Part shown: positions 8,466 to 18,633 of the stretch, one piece after another | How the letters are laid out: each line of letters starts with the position of its first letter | Numbering within the stretch: position 1 is the first letter of the stretch | Origin: Alphaproteobacteria bacterium | GTDB lineage: Bacteria; Pseudomonadota; Alphaproteobacteria; Rs-D84 | Direction of reading: 5' to 3' | DNA: 64,000 nucleotides | NCBI GenBank assembly: GCA_031549365.1 | Contig: JAVBPX010000004.1 | Span: forward strand, 46,627-110,626 | The notes under the pieces: generated by a model | What the model was told of the DNA's origin: nothing | Seen by the model: the letters and a program-made list of their open reading frames with translations, nothing else | The model's database searches: none | Position numbers and translations under genes: made by a program

Positions 8466-9752
8466 ATGGGCATTAAAAACAAAACACATTATTTGGAAAA
8501 ACCAATCAAACGCCGAACCGTATTGTTGGCGGGCGGCGGGGTTTGTTTAATGATATCTTTGTCCCCTGGCATTTCATGGGCTGTATCAAAAAACACTTTG
8601 AAAAATGTGCGCACTGGGAAACAGCCTGATGATAAAACGCGCATTGTTTTGGAAACTTCGTCAAAACCCGATTATGAAATTTATTATTTACAAAATCCAA
8701 ACCGTATTATGATTGATTTGCCAAACACAAACGGCATTTCCGCTGACAAAGATTTAATTTCCGGATCACTGGTATCAAAATTTTCAATTGTACAAAAGGA
8801 TGCCAACGGATTACGTTTAATATTCACATTGAAAAATCCAGCCATGCCCGTTGCATCTGAAAATTTATTTGCATTAAATCCATCAAATGGGACTGGACAT
8901 CGATTGGTAATGGACATAAAAAAAACAACCGAAGCAAATTTCAAACGCGCCGTAATAAATAATGCACGCGCGACAAATAAAAAAACGGATACCGTCTTTT
9001 TCTCGTCTGCAACAACAGCAGGAACCGCAACCCAATCAGTTCCACAATCAAACAATAATTCTACGCCATCAAATTCGGACAAACCAATCATCGTCATTGA
9101 TCCCGGACATGGAGGCAAGGATCCAGGATGTATTGGTCGTGGCGGAACACGCGAAAAAGATGTAGTATTAAACGTCGGCAAAAAACTGGCCACTCAATTG
9201 CGAAATTCCGGTAAATATCGCGTTTATATGACACGCGATACTGATATATTTTTAAATTTGGATACACGTTCTGGCATTGCTGAAAAAAAACACGCTGACT
9301 TATTTATATCATTACACGCAAATGCAAATCCTTCACGCCAAATGCGCGGATTTTCTGTTTATACTCTGTCCAAAAAAGCTTCGGACGCCGAGGCGGAAAA
9401 ACTGGCCGAGGCTGAAAACGCATCCGATAAAATCGCATTTGACGGATTTGAAAAATATGAACCAGATATCCGCAGCGCACTGGGTTCATTACAACAACAA
9501 ATGGTAGCCCAAACATCTGTATCATTTGCGGAACAGGTTGTAAAATACAATCGGGGCAAAGCAATAATTGCCCAGGATAAACCCCGTCGTTTCGCAAATT
9601 TTGCAGTATTACGTTCATCAATCCCGTCCGTATTATTTGAAATTGGACATTTATCAAACGCAACCGAAGAAAAACTGTTAACAAACGCAACCCATCACAC
9701 AAAAATCATAAATGCATTAATCGCAGCTGTTGATAATTTTGAATTTGTGTAA
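8466..9752 (+). CDS. amiC: N-acetylmuramoyl-L-alanine amidase (AMIN + Amidase_3), probable Tat substrate
   Basis: KRRTVLL signal, NPNRIMIDL, IDPGHGGKDPG, FISLHAN and SVLFEIG. Confidence 0.92.
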   Translation: MGIKNKTHYLEKPIKRRTVLLAGGGVCLMISLSPGISWAVSKNTLKNVRTGKQPDDKTRIVLETSSKPDYEIYYLQNPNRIMIDLPNTNGISADKDLISGSLVSKFSIVQKDANGLRLIFTLKNPAMPVASENLFALNPSNGTGHRLVMDIKKTTEANFKRAVINNARATNKKTDTVFFSSATTAGTATQSVPQSNNNSTPSNSDKPIIVIDPGHGGKDPGCIGRGGTREKDVVLNVGKKLATQLRNSGKYRVYMTRDTDIFLNLDTRSGIAEKKHADLFISLHANANPSRQMRGFSVYTLSKKASDAEAEKLAEAENASDKIAFDGFEKYEPDIRSALGSLQQQMVAQTSVSFAEQVVKYNRGKAIIAQDKPRRFANFAVLRSSIPSVLFEIGHLSNATEEKLLTNATHHTKIINALIAAVDNFEFV

Positions 9753-9821
9753 TAAACACCCTTGAAATCCGCCATAATTCAATTATATAGTGCGGACAAT
9801 TAACAAAAAAACAGGAAAACC

Positions 9822-10322
9822 ATGTCTGAATCATTAAAAAACGAAATTGTTAACGAAAATACATCTGATACATCCACTGAAAATATGGTTAATATTGAAA
9901 CGGAATTGCGCTCGGAAATCGCATTATTAAACGATAAATATTTACGCGCAATTGCCGATGCCGAAAACACAAAACGACGCGCACGATTGGATGCCGAATC
10001 CATGTCAAAAACACGCATGGTTCGCCTGGCAACCGACATATTTCCAGTTTTGGATGCCGTTCGCGCAGCAATCGCAAACGCCACAGATATTCAATTGGAC
10101 GGATTGTTGTTAATTGAAAAATCTGCACTTGATGCATTGGGCAATGCTGGGATTAAACCAATCCCAACCGTTAATGCAATATTTGATCCAAAACTACACT
10201 TTGCTGTAAATACAGAAAAACGCGACGATTTGGCAAAAAACACCATTTTGGCTGAATTGCAATCAGGATTTACCCTGGATGATATAGTTTTACGCCCTGC
10301 AATGGTGATGGTTTCCGCATAA
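9822..10322 (+). CDS. grpE: Nucleotide exchange factor GrpE
   Basis: YLRAIADAENTKRR, FDPKLHFAV and LRPAMVMV. Confidence 0.95.
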   Translation: MSESLKNEIVNENTSDTSTENMVNIETELRSEIALLNDKYLRAIADAENTKRRARLDAESMSKTRMVRLATDIFPVLDAVRAAIANATDIQLDGLLLIEKSALDALGNAGIKPIPTVNAIFDPKLHFAVNTEKRDDLAKNTILAELQSGFTLDDIVLRPAMVMVSA

Positions 10323-10433
10323 ATTCTGAATTTTTCCTTGCATTTAACAAACGAATAAATCATAATGGCCTTCGCCTGTCCCGACACCCTTGGAGGCAGA
10401 CAGGAAATTAACTAAAATAAAAAGGTCAAAAAC

Positions 10434-11072
10434 ATGTCTAATAAAATTAATCTGACCGTCGGAATTCGTGAACGTGTTGGCAAGGGGGCCGCACGAGCAT
10501 CCCGTCGTGATAAAAAAATCCCTGGCGTTATTTATGGTAACAAAAAAGAACCAGTTGCAATTGAAATCAATGCACACGAATGGTCGCAATTGATCAAACA
10601 ACCGGGATTATACACCAAAGAATTCGATATTAAAACACCAAATGGCGCCGAAGTTGCCATGTTGGCAGACATCCAATATCACCCTGTAACTGATGTACCA
10701 ACACACGTTGATTTCACACGTATTGATATTAACAAGGAAGTATTGGTCGACATTCCATTGACATTGATTAACGAAGAAATCGCCCCAGGCGTCAAAGCCG
10801 GCGGCGTATTGAATTTCGTTATGCGCGAAGTTACAATTTCCGCAAAAATCGCAAAAGTTCCTGCATCCATTGAAATCGATGTTGCAAATATGAACATTGG
10901 CGACGTTATTCACGGATCTGACTTGAAATTGCCATCGGGCGTTTCATTGGCCAACAACATGGCTGACGAAGCATTCGTTGCAATCACAGGCCAAGCCGAA
11001 GAAAAAGAAGAAGCCGCAGTTGCTGCAGACGCAGTCCCAGCAACCAAGGCCAAAGAAGAAGCAAAAAAATAA
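10434..11072 (+). CDS. rplY: 50S ribosomal protein L25/Ctc
   Basis: GKGAARASRR..KIPGVIYG, QYHPVTD..THVDF and GVKAGG. Confidence 0.97.
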   Translation: MSNKINLTVGIRERVGKGAARASRRDKKIPGVIYGNKKEPVAIEINAHEWSQLIKQPGLYTKEFDIKTPNGAEVAMLADIQYHPVTDVPTHVDFTRIDINKEVLVDIPLTLINEEIAPGVKAGGVLNFVMREVTISAKIAKVPASIEIDVANMNIGDVIHGSDLKLPSGVSLANNMADEAFVAITGQAEEKEEAAVAADAVPATKAKEEAKK

Positions 11073-11094
11073 TTGCCACTTCGCTTCAATCAAC

Positions 11095-11119
11095 AAGCCC
11101 TGCACGTGCAGGGCTTTTT
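11095..11119 (+). terminator. Intrinsic terminator
   Basis: AAGCCCTGCACGTGCAGGGCTTTT. Confidence 0.85.
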
Positions 11120-11179
11120 AATGTAATAATAAATCCCCCGGCTGGACCGGGGGGATGGCTTTTCGACAACATATTTTAA

Positions 11180-12277
11180 TCATGGATTGGTAAGCCTAAA
11201 TTCAATCCTACGATTTTGCCTTAAAGACATTTCATCATTACCGGATGATATCGGATACATTTCACCAAAACCTGATGGGATTAAGCGACTCTTGTCCACG
11301 CCCTGACTCTGCAAAAATTTTGTAACAGACATTGCGCGCGCCAATGACAATTCACGATTATTCTTAAATGATTTTGTGCCGGGTTTGACAGGCTTAATAT
11401 CGGTATGCCCATCAACACGAATAATCCATGGCGTACCGGCCGGAATTTTGATTTCCATTGTGCGGATAACATTCGCAATTTTAATCAATTGTGTGCGCCC
11501 TACTGGCTCTAATTCCGCAGATCCGGACGCAAACAAAATTTCGGTCGGCAAAACAAATCTATCATCAGATATATCAATTCCGTCCATTCCGCCCAATGAC
11601 ATTTTCATAGCTTTGAAAAATTCGGATTGATATTCCATATATTCAGCCATTTTATTTGCCAGCGCACGATTTAATCGCGTTGACATTTCAACGAATTGAA
11701 CTTCTTGTTCGCGGGCGCGTTCATCGGATTCGGCCAACGCAGCATTTAATTTTGCCAATTCATCTGTTAAAATTCTTTTTTGTTCTTCGCGGTCACGTAA
11801 TGCCGCATCCGATTCCATAATCTTGCCTTCCAATCCCATAACCAAATTATTTAAATCGGCCTCACTCATTTCCAAATCCTGGACCTGTTGTTGATAACGA
11901 ACTATATCAGCACGGGTTTGATCACGTTCCATTTGCATCTGTTCCATCGCCATACGAATTTGTTCCAACTCGGACCGCAATTGTTCGCGCTCTAAATCTA
12001 ATTGTTGGGCTTGATGTTGAACCTGCATGATAACTTGTTGTGATTGCAATTCTCGTTCGGCCAAATTTTTCAATTCCAATTCTTGATCCGCACGGACTTG
12101 TTCCAATTCGGCAACTTTTGCCTTGGTATTTTCACGGGCCGGGCCAGAAAACACATTAGTCATTGTATACAAAAAGATAAATACAATTAATAAAAATATT
12201 AAAATAATAACCAAATTTGAAAACAGATCAACAAATGCAGGCCATGCGTTTTCACGTTCTTTGCTTCTTTTGAACAT
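11180..12277 (-). CDS. MotB/OmpA-family peptidoglycan-binding protein with long coiled coil
   Basis: WPAFVDLFSNL TM helix with conserved Asp; ILFASGSA, VDGHTD, NRELSLARA and NRRIEF. Confidence 0.9.
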   Translation of the reverse strand: MFKRSKERENAWPAFVDLFSNLVIILIFLLIVFIFLYTMTNVFSGPARENTKAKVAELEQVRADQELELKNLAERELQSQQVIMQVQHQAQQLDLEREQLRSELEQIRMAMEQMQMERDQTRADIVRYQQQVQDLEMSEADLNNLVMGLEGKIMESDAALRDREEQKRILTDELAKLNAALAESDERAREQEVQFVEMSTRLNRALANKMAEYMEYQSEFFKAMKMSLGGMDGIDISDDRFVLPTEILFASGSAELEPVGRTQLIKIANVIRTMEIKIPAGTPWIIRVDGHTDIKPVKPGTKSFKNNRELSLARAMSVTKFLQSQGVDKSRLIPSGFGEMYPISSGNDEMSLRQNRRIEFRLTNP

Positions 12278-13484
12278 TTCCCCTCTCCTTGTTTAATATA
12301 ACAACCTTTTTTGGACGTCCCACCTTGCGCACCAATTTTGGTTCAGCTTTCACCAATCTTGGACGCCCAACAGGACGAACAGCAACTGGCTCTGATTTAA
12401 CAGATTTCAAACGAACCGCTGCCGCCGATTTAATCGGCAACGCGGCGGTCATATTATCCATCGATTTTCCCATTTGCATCATAGCATCCGCCATCATTTT
12501 ATTCTGTGCCTGGGTTTCATGAATTAACTTTTCCAATACTGGTTTTAATTCAAAATAACCGACAGCCAGTTTTTGCAAATCTAATGTTTTCTCTTGCGTA
12601 GAGGCTGCCAGAGCAGTTACTCCCGACGCCATAGAAGAAACCTTCCTCATAGTATCCATAGATGTTTTTTCAGCACCGCCCAGCGATTTTTCTAGCATTT
12701 GAACAGATCCCGATAATTCATCCAACACCGATTGAATATATGTTAAAACAGTTTCTTCGCCACGTGCAGCAACGCCCAAATATCCAAACAATTTTGTTTG
12801 ATCGGCCAATTGTTCTTCCAGTTCACGATAAACAACATTTTGCGCCAGCGATGCCTGTAATGCCAAAAACCCAACTATCAATGATCCAGACAATCCCAAA
12901 AACGACGAACTAAACGCAGTACCCATGCCGGACAACGGGGCGAGCAACGTTTCTCGCATTGCATCAAACACAGCCGACGGATCGGAATCCGCACCCAAAG
13001 TCATCGATGCCAAAATATCCGAAAATGATTGAATCGTATGTAACAATCCCCAAAAAGTCCCCAACAATCCCAAAAAAATTAAAACATTTGTAATGTATCG
13101 AACTTGTTCACGCTGATCTTCGAAACGATCCATAATCATACTCAAAAAAGATTGCAAAGTTTGTGATGAAATGTACGGTTTGTTTTGCTGACGTACCGAC
13201 ACCAACATTTTTGCCACAGGCTTTAATACATACGGAGGCAATTCCGCATCACGTTTTTTATCCACAAAAAAACGTTTCATCCAACGATATTCAGGCAATA
13301 ATTGAAACACATGAACAAAACATAAAATTGTTCCAAACAAAAAGCACCCTAAAATTATTCCATTTAACCATGGGGCTGTCGCACAAATCCTAATAAATTC
13401 ATCAAAAAACATAATGATCCCGATTGCAATCAAAGCAATAAAAATAACCATTCTGTTTAATATCCTGTGGAAACGGCTGTTCAT
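12252..13484 (-). CDS. MotA/TolQ/ExbB-family membrane protein with long cytoplasmic tail
   Basis: LIFLGLLGTFWGL and GMGTAFSSSFLGL; overlaps the MotB-like gene. Confidence 0.88.
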   Translation of the reverse strand: MNSRFHRILNRMVIFIALIAIGIIMFFDEFIRICATAPWLNGIILGCFLFGTILCFVHVFQLLPEYRWMKRFFVDKKRDAELPPYVLKPVAKMLVSVRQQNKPYISSQTLQSFLSMIMDRFEDQREQVRYITNVLIFLGLLGTFWGLLHTIQSFSDILASMTLGADSDPSAVFDAMRETLLAPLSGMGTAFSSSFLGLSGSLIVGFLALQASLAQNVVYRELEEQLADQTKLFGYLGVAARGEETVLTYIQSVLDELSGSVQMLEKSLGGAEKTSMDTMRKVSSMASGVTALAASTQEKTLDLQKLAVGYFELKPVLEKLIHETQAQNKMMADAMMQMGKSMDNMTAALPIKSAAAVRLKSVKSEPVAVRPVGRPRLVKAEPKLVRKVGRPKKVVILNKERGNVQKKQRT

Positions 13485-13616
13485 GTAAAAATCCCTCTGT
13501 TATCAACAAAGGAATTCTAGCAAAATTCATAAAATCCTGTCAACACTGAAATAGCATTAAAAAAATATGATTATTTTCCTTGATTTTAAAATACTGTAAT
13601 CTAGAATTCCATCGCT

Positions 13617-15491
13617 ATGAGAAAAATCCTATATATCATATCCACAATATTCTTTTTCGGCCCCGCATTTGGGGCACCAACCTTAATCCAAAGCAATTAT
13701 ATTATTTCAGGCGATCAAACATTTACAACTGACCTAGAAAACCAAGGCACAGTAAATGCAATCATCACAATGAACGGAAATAATTTAACATTTGAAAATT
13801 CCGGAAAATTCACACAAAACGGCTATTTAAACATCGCACAAAATTCAGTCATAAATTTATATAATTATGACACTATACTTAATCCTGTTTTAATATCCGA
13901 AAACGCTGTGTTAAATTGGTTTACATCAAGCAATCATCAATTAAAAAATGTATTCACTACCCGTCAAACCAATGCCAAACTAAATATATATGTTGAATCC
14001 AATGAATACACCATTATCCCGAACAACATATCAAACCCAGATCAAATCAACATTAAAAACACAACCTTTGAAAACCACTTGAACAACACAACTATAAATA
14101 TTACAGATTCTGTGTTCAATATTTTAAATACAAATATAATCGATAAATTAAACACATCTGGCCAAAATCTTATTAACTTTTATATCAACAATGATAATGC
14201 GTCCAAATTATATGCAAAAAATCTGAATTTTAATGGAATAGTTGCGCTGGCGTTAAATTTTGATAATTCAATTACATTAAATGGGCCAACAACACTGACT
14301 TTGATTGAATCTGAAAACGAAAGGGTTGACGACATATTAACATTTGCATCAAACATTCCATCCGCCTTTCGCGCCAATTTTGCCTCCAACACCCATATCA
14401 TTAACGTTACCATATCCCGCGAAACAGATTATGAAAAAATCATGGGCACAAATAATCCAATTGCAAAATCATTAAATTTAATCCGATCATATGATCCAAA
14501 CAATACATCTCTGGGCCAATTGGATAATATTTATAATTTGAACCAACTGTATTCAGAATTAAATTCGTTTTCAAAGTTCAATCCAAACATTTTTGGAAAT
14601 ATTTTAAACATCTGGGCAACAGGATTAATCAACGAACAAATAACAAAATTAAATACCGAAAAATTAAAACCGACTACTGATTCTTTTTATAATGATCACA
14701 CATCTGGCATATGGTTAACGGCCCATGGAATCATTACAGACGGCGCCTATTTTGATTCAACAATTTACGGAATTTCAATGGGTTATAACAAATATTTGAA
14801 TCAAAATAACACCTTGGGATTTTCGGTTTCTTATGGATATACAGACATTAATGGCGCCCTATATAATGCCACTGGAAATATGTATAACACACAAATTTAT
14901 TACCAACTTTATTTAAATAAATTCACCATGGATTTAATCTCGGGATACGCATATTCAGAATATGATGCATACAGGGAAACCCCTCTTGAATATATAAAAT
15001 CCAAACCAACCGCATCCGAAATTTACGGTGTCGGGCAGATACGATATAACATATTTGATAATAAAAATTGGTCCGTCGAGCCCCTGGCTCAAATATCCAT
15101 GTCGCAAATTACAATGAAAAATTTGTCGGAATCAAATTCATTGTTTGGGATAACATCCGACAATATCACACAATCTGGAATAATGGCGTCCGGCGGAATT
15201 AACATAACAAACAAAAACTATGTCGAATCCATGTATACAGTTTTTAATGCTTTTATTTTGACAGGAACGCCAATCATGACATCCGACAATAATCCATCCG
15301 CGTCTATTGATACAATGGAAATAGCAATCAATCCAACGAAAACATTTACCACCAACCTACAAATCGGTTTATCCGGAACATTTACAACATATTTGGAAAA
15401 CTTGTCATTGGAACCCAGCTATGTATTTTACATCGATGATAATAAAACCACCGCACACATATTCCGAATTTCATTTAAAACTTTATTTTGA
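13617..15491 (+). CDS. Autotransporter-like outer membrane protein
   Basis: Signal peptide, Asn/Thr-rich beta-helix-like passenger, C-terminal barrel (GIW, LGFSVSYG, VEPLAQ) ending in F. Confidence 0.75.
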   Translation: MRKILYIISTIFFFGPAFGAPTLIQSNYIISGDQTFTTDLENQGTVNAIITMNGNNLTFENSGKFTQNGYLNIAQNSVINLYNYDTILNPVLISENAVLNWFTSSNHQLKNVFTTRQTNAKLNIYVESNEYTIIPNNISNPDQINIKNTTFENHLNNTTINITDSVFNILNTNIIDKLNTSGQNLINFYINNDNASKLYAKNLNFNGIVALALNFDNSITLNGPTTLTLIESENERVDDILTFASNIPSAFRANFASNTHIINVTISRETDYEKIMGTNNPIAKSLNLIRSYDPNNTSLGQLDNIYNLNQLYSELNSFSKFNPNIFGNILNIWATGLINEQITKLNTEKLKPTTDSFYNDHTSGIWLTAHGIITDGAYFDSTIYGISMGYNKYLNQNNTLGFSVSYGYTDINGALYNATGNMYNTQIYYQLYLNKFTMDLISGYAYSEYDAYRETPLEYIKSKPTASEIYGVGQIRYNIFDNKNWSVEPLAQISMSQITMKNLSESNSLFGITSDNITQSGIMASGGINITNKNYVESMYTVFNAFILTGTPIMTSDNNPSASIDTMEIAINPTKTFTTNLQIGLSGTFTTYLENLSLEPSYVFYIDDNKTTAHIFRISFKTLF

Positions 15492-16127
15492 TTCCATAAA
15501 TTGCGACAACCAAGCATCCGCAGCTTCGCGCATAGCATTCTTTTTAGAAGATCCAATCGCAGTAGCAGATTTATCCAATGCCGTAACCGTTACTACAAAT
15601 TCAGGTTCATGCGCAGGCCCAGAAACCGTATCAACCCTGTACTTTGGCAAATCAACGGTAAAACTCTGAACATATTCTTGCAACATTGTTTTTGGGTCTT
15701 TTGGCAATTCAATACTTTCAACAACCATATCTTGAAACAAATTAACAATGACTTTGTTCGCAACATCAGCGCCTGCTTCTATATAAATAGCGGCAAATAT
15801 TGCCTCCATTGCATCCGCCATCACATTTGTCAAATCCCCAGTTGTCAAATGCGCGCGCTTTAAAACAGATTGCATGCCCAATTTATCAGCAACAATCGCC
15901 AAGGATTTTGATGACACCAATGCAGCATGTCGTTGGGCCAAAAATCCCTCGTTTTCATCTGGAAATTTTTCATACAACAAATATGCAACCGTTAAACCCA
16001 AAACGCGATCGCCCAAAAACTCTAATCTTTCATTATTTTTGATTGCGGAATACCCGGATTGGGTCAATGCCTGATCCAGCAATGATTTATCCTTAAAAGT
16101 ATATCCCAATTTTTTTTCAAATGTCAT
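15483..16127 (-). CDS. rnc: Ribonuclease III
   Basis: NERLEFLGDRVL, ADAMEAIFAAIY and dsRBD DPKTMLQE/GPAHEP. Confidence 0.97.
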   Translation of the reverse strand: MTFEKKLGYTFKDKSLLDQALTQSGYSAIKNNERLEFLGDRVLGLTVAYLLYEKFPDENEGFLAQRHAALVSSKSLAIVADKLGMQSVLKRAHLTTGDLTNVMADAMEAIFAAIYIEAGADVANKVIVNLFQDMVVESIELPKDPKTMLQEYVQSFTVDLPKYRVDTVSGPAHEPEFVVTVTALDKSATAIGSSKKNAMREAADAWLSQFMESK

Positions 16128-17029
16128 TATTTTGCCGCCATAAAAAATCTTTCCCAACGAATTTTGCTAGGCCAATTCCAAGGCAATAACAATGACCCAT
16201 AATAATTATGCGAATAAAATATAAACCATACGCGCCCCAAAACATTATCACGCGACACAAATCCAACATTATCTATATCTCGGGAATCGCCTGATAAATC
16301 ACGATCATCCCCCATAAAGAAATAATGGCCATCCGGAACACGGTACAATGGCGTATTATCATAATAAGCATCATCCGCCAATTCTATGATTTCGTGTTTA
16401 ATTCCATTTGGCAATATTTCGATATATTTTTCAAAATGCAACACACCAAAACAAGCATTCGGAGTATTTACACAAACAGAATCATCTTTGTATTCAATTG
16501 TGTATGGATACTCAACATCCTTATTATTTTCATAAATTTTATTTCCACGAACAATCGTAATCATACCTGTATTTTTATCGACAATTTGAAAACCAACAGA
16601 ACGTAATTTTTGTGGAATCGCCGCAACAACATATTTTCCGACATGCTGACGCTCAACCATTTTACCATTAATATACAAACGACCAGATTTCATTTGAATT
16701 TCATCATTCGGCATTCCAATCAAACGTTTGACATAATCTTCTTTGGCATTTGGTTTGCGAAACACAATTATATCGCCTTGTTTTGGCCCATCAATCTCAA
16801 AAAAACGACCATCAAATAAATCCCAAGAACCAAACGGAAACGAATATCTGGAATAGCCGTAACTCCATTTTTTAACAAATAAATGATCTCCTACTTCCAG
16901 AGTTGGAATCATTGATCCGGACGGGATATGAAATGGCTCTAATAAAAAACTACGAAAAATAACTGCAATTATCGCGGCCCAAAAAAAAGTAGAAATCCAA
17001 GATTCTTTTGTTGCGTGTTTTTGTTTCAT
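16127..17029 (-). CDS. lepB: Signal peptidase I
   Basis: IPSGSMIPTL, YVKRLIGMP and MGDDRDLSGDSR. Confidence 0.96.
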   Translation of the reverse strand: MKQKHATKESWISTFFWAAIIAVIFRSFLLEPFHIPSGSMIPTLEVGDHLFVKKWSYGYSRYSFPFGSWDLFDGRFFEIDGPKQGDIIVFRKPNAKEDYVKRLIGMPNDEIQMKSGRLYINGKMVERQHVGKYVVAAIPQKLRSVGFQIVDKNTGMITIVRGNKIYENNKDVEYPYTIEYKDDSVCVNTPNACFGVLHFEKYIEILPNGIKHEIIELADDAYYDNTPLYRVPDGHYFFMGDDRDLSGDSRDIDNVGFVSRDNVLGRVWFIFYSHNYYGSLLLPWNWPSKIRWERFFMAAK

Positions 17030-17083
17030 ATTGCCCCCTGGGTTTACCGGGAAAGCATACCAATTATATCCCAAAAAGCAAGG

Positions 17084-17452
17084 TTATTTTTCGATAATAA
17101 CAGATGCGATTGCGTATTCGCCTTCGTCCGACAATGATAAATGCAACACCGCATTTGGAACACGTCCGTCCAATATATCCCGAGCCCCCCCAACAACGCG
17201 TAAAACCGGCTGGCCAGATTTTAAATGATCGACAGAAACATCGGAAAATTTAATCTTGTCCGAAAACCCGGTTCCCAACGCTTTCAAAAAAGCCTCACGC
17301 GCGGCAAAATATTTGGCCAATCTGGCATCCGGATGCGAGTTTCCCGCAATTGACTTTAATTCATCCGGCGTAAAAATCCGCGACAATTTAAAATCCGACC
17401 AATCGGCAAAACGCGCAATTTCAACCAAATCAATACCAATACCAAATATCAT
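17084..17452 (-). CDS. acpS: Holo-ACP synthase
   Basis: GIGIDLVEI, FAAREAFLKALGTG and HLSLSD. Confidence 0.96.
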   Translation of the reverse strand: MIFGIGIDLVEIARFADWSDFKLSRIFTPDELKSIAGNSHPDARLAKYFAAREAFLKALGTGFSDKIKFSDVSVDHLKSGQPVLRVVGGARDILDGRVPNAVLHLSLSDEGEYAIASVIIEK

Positions 17453-17544
17453 TTTAAACCCCGCTAAAATTTAATAACGAAATTATTACAATATATAAAT
17501 TAAAAATCAATATAAAGAAAACACACTAGCTTTATGCAAAAGGA

Positions 17545-17705
17545 TAAAAACACAGCAAAACGAGTCATATAGACGTTTTTTAAAATCCAAAAGGCGAGTA
17601 TATAGACATACAAAACCGAGGATTTTGAAAAAGAAAACGGCCTACACCGGGTCCCAAACAAATTATTTGTTTGGGTGGTATTATGGCCGTTTTCATATGT
17701 TTTTA
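17545..17705. repeat. Stop-codon-associated palindromic element, copy 1 (with nested hairpin)
   Basis: Terminal IR TAAAAACAcagcAAAACGagtCATA / TATGGCCGTTTTCATATGTTTTTA; core GTATA-TAG-ACATAC; ends in the TAA of the DsbA gene. Confidence 0.75.
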
Positions 17706-18554
17706 CATACTACGTAACACTGATTTAATCTGATCATACGATATCGCACCTGGGAAAGATTGTTCCCCAATAATCAAATATGGTGTTCCGCTGATGCCAA
17801 ATGTCTGGGCCAATGAACGAACTTGTTCGAATTCAGCTTGAACTTCTGGCGCTGTATCCATATCACGACCCAATTTTTCAGTATCCAAGCCAGCTTTTTT
17901 TGCCAATTCCATTACGTTTGCACGAACAGTTTTCGCAACAGCTTGTGGGTCTTGGTTCTTCATATCTTGTGGCCAGTATGGTTTTTCCATCAACAAACGA
18001 TCCAATTCAACTGCTTTGTCATTGCTTTGCAATTTCGCAGCAATCGTGGCCCTAGCAGCAGAATCAGACAAAGGACCATGGATTGAAAATTGTTTCAAAA
18101 CAACACGAACGTCTTTGTCTTCGTTTACTACGCGTTCCAATTCATGATGAACTTGTTGGCAGTAATGACAAGAATGAGCCGCAAACAAATAAATTGTTTT
18201 TTTGCCATTGACGTTACCCATAATTGGAGCATTTTTCATCAATTCTGCTTGTTTATCAACAACGTATTTGCGGATTTCTTTGGATTGCATCATTGATTGA
18301 CGCGCTTTCATGCTTTCAACCATTTCTTGCAACACTTCTGGATTTTGGCTTACCAAATATGAATGGGTCCCAAGTCCAGTACGATTAACACCCCAAACCA
18401 ATAATACAATAGAAGTCAGTTTAACAACTTTCTTCAATGAACACATGATTTTGGATGATTTTTCCTTTCTTTTCGAATCGTTATCGCGAGTCAACATACC
18501 GGCAGCGGCATATAAAACAACAGCAGCAACGATTATCAAAATTGTCCATAACAT
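17703..18554 (-). CDS. DsbA/Com1-family thiol-disulfide oxidoreductase
   Basis: CHYC active site and GISGTPYLIIG cis-Pro motif; follows the M48 gene. Confidence 0.88.
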   Translation of the reverse strand: MLWTILIIVAAVVLYAAAGMLTRDNDSKRKEKSSKIMCSLKKVVKLTSIVLLVWGVNRTGLGTHSYLVSQNPEVLQEMVESMKARQSMMQSKEIRKYVVDKQAELMKNAPIMGNVNGKKTIYLFAAHSCHYCQQVHHELERVVNEDKDVRVVLKQFSIHGPLSDSAARATIAAKLQSNDKAVELDRLLMEKPYWPQDMKNQDPQAVAKTVRANVMELAKKAGLDTEKLGRDMDTAPEVQAEFEQVRSLAQTFGISGTPYLIIGEQSFPGAISYDQIKSVLRSM

Positions 18555-18633
18555 CAGTTTTCTCCTTTCGTTAAGTGAACGACGAAATCATAGCGAAATA
18601 TATACTGATAATCAAGCAAATTTTGTGTGATTT

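Noticed and set aside
11180-13484. Calling the MotA/MotB-like pair a Zorya defence system or flagellar stator
   Set aside because: There are no zorC/D/E or flagellar genes nearby, and the context and codon usage look like core genome.
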